Positions 57,387-64,000 of a DNA stretch of 64,000 nt are shown here, one piece after another. The notes under the pieces are model-generated. The model was not told the origin of the DNA, did not search any database, and worked only from the letters and a program-made list of their open reading frames with translations. The DNA lies in contig OW818689.1 in assembly GCA_942493325.1 (NCBI GenBank), forward strand, positions 2,664,583 through 2,728,582, in the 5' to 3' direction. Both the position numbers and the translations under genes were made by a program. The DNA is from an uncultured Bacteroidales bacterium. GTDB taxonomy: Bacteria; Bacteroidota; Bacteroidia; Bacteroidales; Prolixibacteraceae. Each line of letters begins with the position of its first letter. Position 1 is the stretch's first letter.

Positions 57387-58436
57387 ATGGAACTAACACG
57401 AGATGTTTTCGGAAATGCCCGCAGAGGTGAGAAGATTCATATATTCACACTGCGCAACGACAATGGGGTCACCATTAAAATCACCAATTACGGGGGAATC
57501 ATAACTTCGATTAAAACTCCCGACAAAAGCGGTACAAAAGCAAACATCGTTTTGGGATTTAAGTCCCTGGAAGACTACCTGACCAATGCCTATATCGAGA
57601 ATTGTCCTTATTTCGGTTGTATTACAGGAAGATATGCCAACCGGATCGCCAAAGGAAAGTTTTCGATCGGTGGAAAAGAGTATACTCTCCCCGTGAACAA
57701 TGGTGAAAATTGCCTCCACGGCGGCATTACCGGTTTCGATAAAGTGATCTGGGTTCCTAAAAAGATCGAAAAACCTGATCTTGTAGGGGTTGAATTGAAA
57801 TACCGAAGTGTCCATATGGAGGAAGGATTTCCGGGAAACCTCGATCTTACCGTGACCTATACCCTTAATCACAAGAATGAATTACACATCGAGTATAAAG
57901 CCGTAACGGACCGGGAAACAGTGATTAATTTAACCAACCATTCCTATTTTAACCTCACGGGAAACAAAGAAAACATCCTTGGCCATACCCTCCAGCTGGC
58001 AGCCAAAACCAGAACTGTTAATGATGAGATGATTCCTACCGGCGAAATTATCGAAGTAGCAGGAACACCATTTGATTTTACCACACCTGCCACCATCGGA
58101 TCACAGATTGATGGTCTGGCCGACGGCTACGATACCAATTTTATTCTGAACAATCCGAATAAAAAGCTGGTCAAAGCAGGTATGCTCTCGGAAGAAACAA
58201 CAGGCAGAACGGTTGAAATATTCACAACTGAACCTGCAATACAAGTATATACAGGCTATTGGATTCCTGAAATGGTTGGAAAATCGGGCGAAGAATTTGG
58301 CAGTTACGCGGGTGTGGCACTCGAAACTCAACATTACCCCGATTCGCCAAACCATCCGGAATTTCCATCCACATCGCTTCATCCCGGCGAAGTATTCAAA
58401 TCGAAAACAATTTACAAATTCGGGATCAAGTCCTGA
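57387..58436 (+). CDS. galM: Aldose 1-epimerase (galactose mutarotase)
   Basis: ATG at 57387 (MELTRDVFG...). NGENCLHGG, NLTNHSYFNL and ALETQHYPDSPN motifs. Confidence 0.9.
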   Translation: MELTRDVFGNARRGEKIHIFTLRNDNGVTIKITNYGGIITSIKTPDKSGTKANIVLGFKSLEDYLTNAYIENCPYFGCITGRYANRIAKGKFSIGGKEYTLPVNNGENCLHGGITGFDKVIWVPKKIEKPDLVGVELKYRSVHMEEGFPGNLDLTVTYTLNHKNELHIEYKAVTDRETVINLTNHSYFNLTGNKENILGHTLQLAAKTRTVNDEMIPTGEIIEVAGTPFDFTTPATIGSQIDGLADGYDTNFILNNPNKKLVKAGMLSEETTGRTVEIFTTEPAIQVYTGYWIPEMVGKSGEEFGSYAGVALETQHYPDSPNHPEFPSTSLHPGEVFKSKTIYKFGIKS

Positions 58437-58449
58437 ATTTCGCATGATC

Positions 58450-58483
58450 AAAGTCTGTAGCCCCCGGTTACAGACTTTGTTTT
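58450..58483 (+). terminator. Rho-independent terminator after galM
   Basis: 10-bp stem AAAGTCTGTA / TACAGACTTT with a 9-nt loop, followed by GTTTT. Confidence 0.7.
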
Positions 58484-58527
58484 ACAGAACTGAACCTCTT
58501 TGCCAACGAAAAGCCAAAAATCACCTG

Positions 58528-60444
58528 ATGAGAACACTGATCGAACTATTTGAAACAAGTGCCGCGAAGTTTCCGAATAATCCCTTGTTATGGGAAAAGC
58601 CCAAAGACCAGTATATCCCAAGCTCATATCTCGAGATCAGGGAACAGGTTTATCTTTTGGGGGCCGGATTTATGTCACTTGGGCTCAAAAAGGGGGAACG
58701 GGTCGGACTTCTTGCGGAAGGGAGAAATAAATGGCTGGTTAGTGAATTGGGCATGTTCTATTGTGGTGTGATTAATGTTCCACTTTCCGTAAAACTCGAA
58801 GCTACAGAATTAAAGTTCAGACTGGCTCACTCCGGATCGCGAATGATCATAGTTTCGGACGGACAGGCCTCAAAGATTGCCGAAATCATCAATGAACTTC
58901 CCGGAATAGACTATGTGATCCATCTGGATCCTGTCGTTAATCCCGGATCAAAAGATCTTATTTTTGATGACATCCTGATGCAGGGACGTGAATTTCTGAG
59001 TTCAGAGGCAAATAAAAAAGAGTATGAGGCGGTCTGGGGTAATGTTCAGCCGGATGATGTTGCAAATATTTCGTACACCTCCGGGACGACGGCCGATCCC
59101 AAGGGAATTATGCTTACTCATCTGAACTATACAGCAAATGTCATTCAGGCAAACACCATACTGGAAATTTATGAAGATTATAAAACACTAGCCATTCTCC
59201 CATGGGATCACTCCTTCGCTCACACGGCCTGTCTTTACAGCTTTATGCTAAAAGGAGCTTCGATAGGGTCGGTACAGACAGGCCGAACACCCATGGAGAC
59301 ACTCCGGAATGTACCTGTTAATATCAGGGAATTCAAGCCCGATATCCTGATGAGTGTTCCTGCATTATCGAAGAGTTTCAGGAAGAATATCGAAAAGGGG
59401 ATTCAGGCAAAAGGGAGGTTTACTGAAATGCTATTCAATCATGGACTTCAGGTAGCCTATCTCTATAACGGTGATGGATGGAACCGCGGCAAGGGGTGGC
59501 GCGCGTTGCTAACACCCGAATATGCATTATTTGATAAAATCCTGTTTTCGAAAATACGCGAGGGATTCGGCGGAAACCTCAAATTTTTCATTGGAGGCGG
59601 AGCGTTGCTCGATACAGAACTCCAACGCTTTTTCTTTGCCATCGGCACCCCGGTTTTCCAGGGATATGGCCTTACCGAAGCCGCACCTGTTATCTCGGCA
59701 AATTCACCCCAGGCCGTTAAATTCGGCTCTTCCGGAAAGCCTGTGAAATACCTCGACGTGAAGATTTGTGATGACGACGGAGCAACTCTTCCGGCCGGAG
59801 CAAAAGGTGAAATCGTGGTAAGAGGCGAGAATGTGATGAAAGGTTATTGGAAAAACTCCAAAGCCACAGAGGAAACCCTTAAAGACGGATGGCTTCATAC
59901 CGGTGATTCCGGATATTTATCACCCGACGGATATCTTTATGTGTTGGGAAGGTTTAAAAGTCTGCTGATCGGAAACGACGGTGAAAAATACAGCCCCGAA
60001 GGGATTGAGGAAGCCATTGTTGAACAGTCGCCATATATCGATCAGGTAATGCTTTATAATAATCAAAATGCTTATACAGTAGGATTTATTGTTCCCAATA
60101 TTGCTGCCATTAACCGCACATTAAGCAAACATGGAATAACTCCAGAAAGCGAAGAGGGCATCGGCAAGTCGCTTGAAATTATTAAACAGGAAATTGACAC
60201 CTACCGAAAAGGGGGTAAATTCGATGGTATGTTTCCCGAAAGGTGGCTGCCGTCTGCGATCATCGTGCTCCCGGAAGCTTTCACAGAGCAGAATCATTTA
60301 CTGAACAGCACCCTGAAAATGGTACGGGGAAAAATCACCGAATACTTTAGACCGGAGATGGATTTTAGTTATACTCCCGAAGCAAAAGAGATTAACAACG
60401 CCAGAAATATTGAATCGATTAAGAGGTGGTTTAAGCAGTCCTGA
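58528..60444 (+). CDS. Long-chain fatty acid--CoA ligase (AMP-binding family)
   Basis: ATG at 58528 (MRTLIELFETSAAKFPNNP). AMP-binding motif YTSGTTADPKGIML. GYGLTE, GWLHTGD. The track start 58213 overlaps galM and the terminator. Confidence 0.88.
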   Translation: MRTLIELFETSAAKFPNNPLLWEKPKDQYIPSSYLEIREQVYLLGAGFMSLGLKKGERVGLLAEGRNKWLVSELGMFYCGVINVPLSVKLEATELKFRLAHSGSRMIIVSDGQASKIAEIINELPGIDYVIHLDPVVNPGSKDLIFDDILMQGREFLSSEANKKEYEAVWGNVQPDDVANISYTSGTTADPKGIMLTHLNYTANVIQANTILEIYEDYKTLAILPWDHSFAHTACLYSFMLKGASIGSVQTGRTPMETLRNVPVNIREFKPDILMSVPALSKSFRKNIEKGIQAKGRFTEMLFNHGLQVAYLYNGDGWNRGKGWRALLTPEYALFDKILFSKIREGFGGNLKFFIGGGALLDTELQRFFFAIGTPVFQGYGLTEAAPVISANSPQAVKFGSSGKPVKYLDVKICDDDGATLPAGAKGEIVVRGENVMKGYWKNSKATEETLKDGWLHTGDSGYLSPDGYLYVLGRFKSLLIGNDGEKYSPEGIEEAIVEQSPYIDQVMLYNNQNAYTVGFIVPNIAAINRTLSKHGITPESEEGIGKSLEIIKQEIDTYRKGGKFDGMFPERWLPSAIIVLPEAFTEQNHLLNSTLKMVRGKITEYFRPEMDFSYTPEAKEINNARNIESIKRWFKQS

Positions 60445-60484
60445 AATCGGTTTCCCGGATTGAATATGAGTGAACAGAAACAAT

Positions 60485-61615
60485 ATGCATATAAAGAACG
60501 AATTGCTGACTTTGGCAGCGATGTTTTTATTCCTGGCGACGATTGCCCAGCCAAATGTACAATCAATTGATGCTGACAATACAGCCTTCAGCTATTTCGG
60601 ACGTACCGACCGGTCAGATCCCAAATCAGTACGATTTGACTGGCCCGGTGTTTACTTTCGGTGCGCTTTTACGGAAAATACACTTGAGCTTCGTCTAAAA
60701 GGCGGACCACGTGACTATTTTAACGTTTTTGTGGATGATGAACCGGTGAGAGTCATTCATTCGACATCTGATTCAGTATTTGTTATCCATGGAATATCAG
60801 GTAAAAACACGCATGAATTACTGGTCACAAAACGTACGGAGGCAGACATGGGTGTGGCCCGCTTTTATGGTATTGGCATTGAACAGCACGGGAAAATCCT
60901 TCCGACCGCTGTAAAAAATCAGCGTAAAATAGAGTTTATCGGAAATTCAATAACATGCGGCTATGGTGCGGAAGGATTATCAGCTGCGGAAAGATTTAAA
61001 CCGGAATCAGAAAACAGTTACCTCTCCTATGCCACAATTTCTGCACGTGCCTTTGGAGCTGACTATGCCCTGGTTGCCCATTCAGGACTTGGAATCATCC
61101 GGAATTACAACGATAAATCGAAGATATCGACTAAACTGGCTCCGATGCCGCCCCGTTTTGACCGTGTTCTGGATACCGACTCTGTCAAAAAATGGGATTT
61201 CGGACAATGGATACCGGATGCGGTTGTGATAAATCTGGGAACCAATGACTACTCCACGTTACCTCATCCTGACAAGGCTATGTTCAAACACAGGTATGAA
61301 GAGCTGATCGCCAGGATTGCCGAGGTTTATGGACCGGTTCCGGTTTTCTGCGTCGTGGGACCAATGACCAATGAGCCCTGCTATTCAATTGTCAAGGAAG
61401 TTGTTGATGACTACAATTTAATCCATCGCAAACCAAAAATCTATTTTGCCGGCATTCCGTCCGGTTTACTAAATAACACCACCGACCTCGGTTCCGATGG
61501 CCATCCCTCCTGGCGCGGTCAGCGAAAAACTGCGTTATCCCTGGTCCCCTTAATCGCAAATGTAATGAGATGGAACTACAATGACACCGAAATCCGGTTT
61601 CCGGACGAGTATTAG
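60485..61615 (+). CDS. SGNH/GDSL hydrolase, carbohydrate esterase family 2-like (acetyl esterase), secreted
   Basis: Signal peptide MHIKNELLTLAAMFLFLATIAQP. An N-terminal beta-sandwich is followed by IEFIGNSITCGYG (block I, Ser nucleophile), GTND, and DGHPS (block V). Confidence 0.8.
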   Translation: MHIKNELLTLAAMFLFLATIAQPNVQSIDADNTAFSYFGRTDRSDPKSVRFDWPGVYFRCAFTENTLELRLKGGPRDYFNVFVDDEPVRVIHSTSDSVFVIHGISGKNTHELLVTKRTEADMGVARFYGIGIEQHGKILPTAVKNQRKIEFIGNSITCGYGAEGLSAAERFKPESENSYLSYATISARAFGADYALVAHSGLGIIRNYNDKSKISTKLAPMPPRFDRVLDTDSVKKWDFGQWIPDAVVINLGTNDYSTLPHPDKAMFKHRYEELIARIAEVYGPVPVFCVVGPMTNEPCYSIVKEVVDDYNLIHRKPKIYFAGIPSGLLNNTTDLGSDGHPSWRGQRKTALSLVPLIANVMRWNYNDTEIRFPDEY

Positions 61616-61723
61616 TCGTCGAAAAGTTGCAATTAATTCATATTCAGATCAACAAAAACCGGCAAACCGTTTCAGAAAAAAATTTATATCTTTGGTTAAG
61701 TAATCAATTAGCCCTTTGACACT

Positions 61724-62941
61724 ATGGCAACTATTAATTCAATAATCAGCGATTTTGTTTGGAAGGATCTGAATGAGAAACCAATAACGGCCAACAGAGA
61801 TGAATTTTGGGAAGCACTTCTTGACACCGGCACAGAGTTATGGCTCGATACGGGTGATATGGAGGAAGCCGGGGCAAACTGGTCGGCCGAAATGAGTGCC
61901 CTTACTACAAACAATACCCTTCTCAACAATGAGATCCAGAAAGGCACTTACGATAACTTCATTCTGGAAGCAAAAAGCATTGTAAAAAATCTATCAAAAG
62001 ATGAGCAGATTAAGGAGATTGCCTTTATTCTGAATGCAAGACACGGACTAAGACTGGCCAAAAAATTCGGTGGATTCGTTAGTGTGGAACTGCATACCGA
62101 AATTGCTCATGACATTCATTCGATTGAATATTACGGGAAAAGATATCATGAGATCTGCCCCGAACAATTTATTGTGAAAGTACCTTATACCGCCGAAGGT
62201 TTACTGGGTGCCAGGCGACTAAAAGATTCGGGTGTAAGGGTAAATTTCACCCTGGAATTCAGCGCCCGTGAAAATGTACTTGTAACCCGGGTCGCAAGGC
62301 CGGATTATGCGAACGTATTTCTTGGCAGAATTGGCGCATATATCATTAATAATCAATTGGGTGATGGTTCAGGAGCAGGAGAAAAAGCCGTAATTGCGTC
62401 CCAGAATTGGATCACCGGGCTATCGGCAATGAATCCCTGGCAGACCAGGCTCATCGCGGCAAGCCTTCGTAATCACAACCAGCTGGAATTGCTTGCGGGT
62501 ACAGATGTCTTTACAATACCTCCAAAAGTAGCAGCTGCCGGGAGGATCGAGTTAAGCGGAAAATTTTCGTCCCGGATTCATGAAAACTATGATGTGGATC
62601 TCAATGATTCAGCAAAGGAGGCGCACATTGAAAAATTCTGGGCAGTCGATGATAAAGTACTTAAGCTCGCGGACCGACTCGCCACTAAAATACCGGATAC
62701 AGGATCCGGACTGATTCAGATTGCTCATGAAGAAGGTTGCGGTGATATGTTTCCCTTGCTATCAGAGGAAGAACTTGGTTTAATAGCATCAGACGGAAAA
62801 ATACCGGTACACGCCCGTTGGAAGAAGATGATATCCGAAGGCAAAATTGCGCCCGATACCTTACTGACGCTTGCAGGCCTGGCTTCATTTAATGCAGACC
62901 AGCAGTTGCTCGATGGGAGGATACGGAATATTATCGGTTGA
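61724..62941 (+). CDS. Transaldolase-family (TIM barrel) protein, long form
   Basis: 405 aa. TELWLDTGD, ALTTNNT (compare the TTNP motif), and a candidate Schiff-base Lys in FIVKVPYT. Confidence 0.7.
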   Translation: MATINSIISDFVWKDLNEKPITANRDEFWEALLDTGTELWLDTGDMEEAGANWSAEMSALTTNNTLLNNEIQKGTYDNFILEAKSIVKNLSKDEQIKEIAFILNARHGLRLAKKFGGFVSVELHTEIAHDIHSIEYYGKRYHEICPEQFIVKVPYTAEGLLGARRLKDSGVRVNFTLEFSARENVLVTRVARPDYANVFLGRIGAYIINNQLGDGSGAGEKAVIASQNWITGLSAMNPWQTRLIAASLRNHNQLELLAGTDVFTIPPKVAAAGRIELSGKFSSRIHENYDVDLNDSAKEAHIEKFWAVDDKVLKLADRLATKIPDTGSGLIQIAHEEGCGDMFPLLSEEELGLIASDGKIPVHARWKKMISEGKIAPDTLLTLAGLASFNADQQLLDGRIRNIIG

Positions 62942-63022
62942 TTTTGTCTATTAAAGGAGGACTCTTTATAAAAGTACATTTGTTAGGGAATTTTGACCAA
63001 ATCCACAATAATATTTCATACC

Positions 63023-64000
63023 ATGTTTAATACTCTATTTTATCCGTGGATTAAGCTTTGCATATTATTATTCATGTTCACATTTGTTCAGGAAGATGCC
63101 GCGATTGTCGCCGCTTCATTTTCAAATGTTGAGTATGGATTACCTATTAGTCTGGCCTATACCAGTATTTATTTGGGAATTGTTACCGGTGATCTGTTTA
63201 TTTATGGTTTGGGCCGGGTTGCCCAGCGCAATGATTGGTTGCGATCAAAAGTGATAGGTCCGAAAGTTGATCAGGTAAAAATATGGCTTGAAAAAAATTT
63301 CGTTTGGGCAGTGGCAATGTGCCGAATTACTCCAAGTTTATTATTCCCCACATTTGTAGCAATTGGTTGGTTTCGAATGCCAGTCAAACGTTTTTTTGTT
63401 ATTTCACTCCTCTCCTCCGCCATTTATACCCCAATTGTTTTTTTCCTTGTTAAACTGCTTGGAGAAATGGTTTTGTACCGGCTTGGATATTGGGCCTGGG
63501 GAATCCTCTTTGTGACAGTAATGCTGTTTCCTCTTCGGAAAGCCTTTCTCGCTTTCACCACCAACGGGAATAATAAAACGAACTCGATCATCCCTTTTCA
63601 ATCGGTTTTTTCAATTAAGGAGATTAACCAGGTAGGATTGCACAAAGGTATGCCCTCCCTGAAAGGAATAAAGCGCCTGATTTCCCTGGCAGAGCGTATT
63701 CCGGAAGGATTATTTTATATCCCCGTCGGAATTCGCTGGATTTTCCTTTCCATCCGCTACGGCAACTTTACAATGCCCACAATTGCAAATCCCTTAATTG
63801 AGACCGGCGGTTTCTGGGGCGAATCAAAAAGTTCGATACTCGAAGTTGTAGGGAATGAACAACGGAAATGGATGGCAAACTATTTCTCTTTTAATCGCAC
63901 GAATCAGTTGGCAGAAATTGACCTCCGGGAAATATTATTGAAAATGGATGAGCAACAACTTCAATTCCCGGTTGTAGCCAAACCGGATATAGGATGGCAG
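63023..64000 (+). CDS. Membrane (DedA/VTT-like) N-terminal domain fused to the start of an ATP-grasp-like domain (partial, runs off the right edge)
   Basis: The frame is open from the ATG at 63023 to the window end (326 codons), so it is absent from the ORF track. N-terminus FVQEDAAIVAASF...GIVTGDLFIYGLGR. The later FPVVAKPDIGWQ resembles the first strand of ATP-grasp ligases. Confidence 0.55.
   Translation, partial: MFNTLFYPWIKLCILLFMFTFVQEDAAIVAASFSNVEYGLPISLAYTSIYLGIVTGDLFIYGLGRVAQRNDWLRSKVIGPKVDQVKIWLEKNFVWAVAMCRITPSLLFPTFVAIGWFRMPVKRFFVISLLSSAIYTPIVFFLVKLLGEMVLYRLGYWAWGILFVTVMLFPLRKAFLAFTTNGNNKTNSIIPFQSVFSIKEINQVGLHKGMPSLKGIKRLISLAERIPEGLFYIPVGIRWIFLSIRYGNFTMPTIANPLIETGGFWGESKSSILEVVGNEQRKWMANYFSFNRTNQLAEIDLREILLKMDEQQLQFPVVAKPDIGWQ

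Overview
This 64 kb chromosomal segment looks like a Bacteroidota (Bacteroidia-type) genome. That assignment is an inference from DUF2723, rsmD-DUF3822 synteny, a Tat-signal Gfo/Idh/MocA + TIM-barrel + DUF1080 trio, and TTTG-N18/19-TAnnTTTG promoter boxes. About 50 protein genes are present, mostly housekeeping or metabolic. They include a marR + P-type cation ATPase operon, cysE-cysK, pnuC + NadR-type kinase, an S41 protease, rsmD, rnz, rpsA, a phosphosugar mutase and guaA. There is also a galactose locus (MFS transporter, galK, GntR/PBP regulator, galM), an acyl-CoA ligase, a CE2 esterase and a transaldolase-like gene. RNA genes are two tRNA-Gln (UUG, CUG) and a tRNA-Asp(GUC) array of two intact copies plus one disrupted copy. 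The stretch 10.4-17.6 kb is a decayed accessory patch. It holds a pectate-lyase gene remnant, two nearly identical 1.68 kb IS copies lying head-to-tail 2 bp apart (the second frameshifted in a poly-A tract), and a UPF0175 antitoxin whose partner keeps only the first ~25-30 residues of a DUF3368/PIN-like toxin fused to a HEAT-repeat body. I found no CRISPR array and no recognisable defence or secretion system. The most unusual signal is non-coding: a modular family of intergenic 'word-stutter' repeats recurs at six or more loci. Its modules are G-tract words, GAGAAAATGAGA/CCAATGTG/GGCGAAAAGGCGAT words, GTGACCGGGTGAC inverted repeats, and an AGCAACACC + 4x AATTCGT heptad module. Several modules abut stop codons in a fixed orientation. 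All functional readings of these repeats are inference. Protein calls rest on motifs read from the translations, not on database searches.
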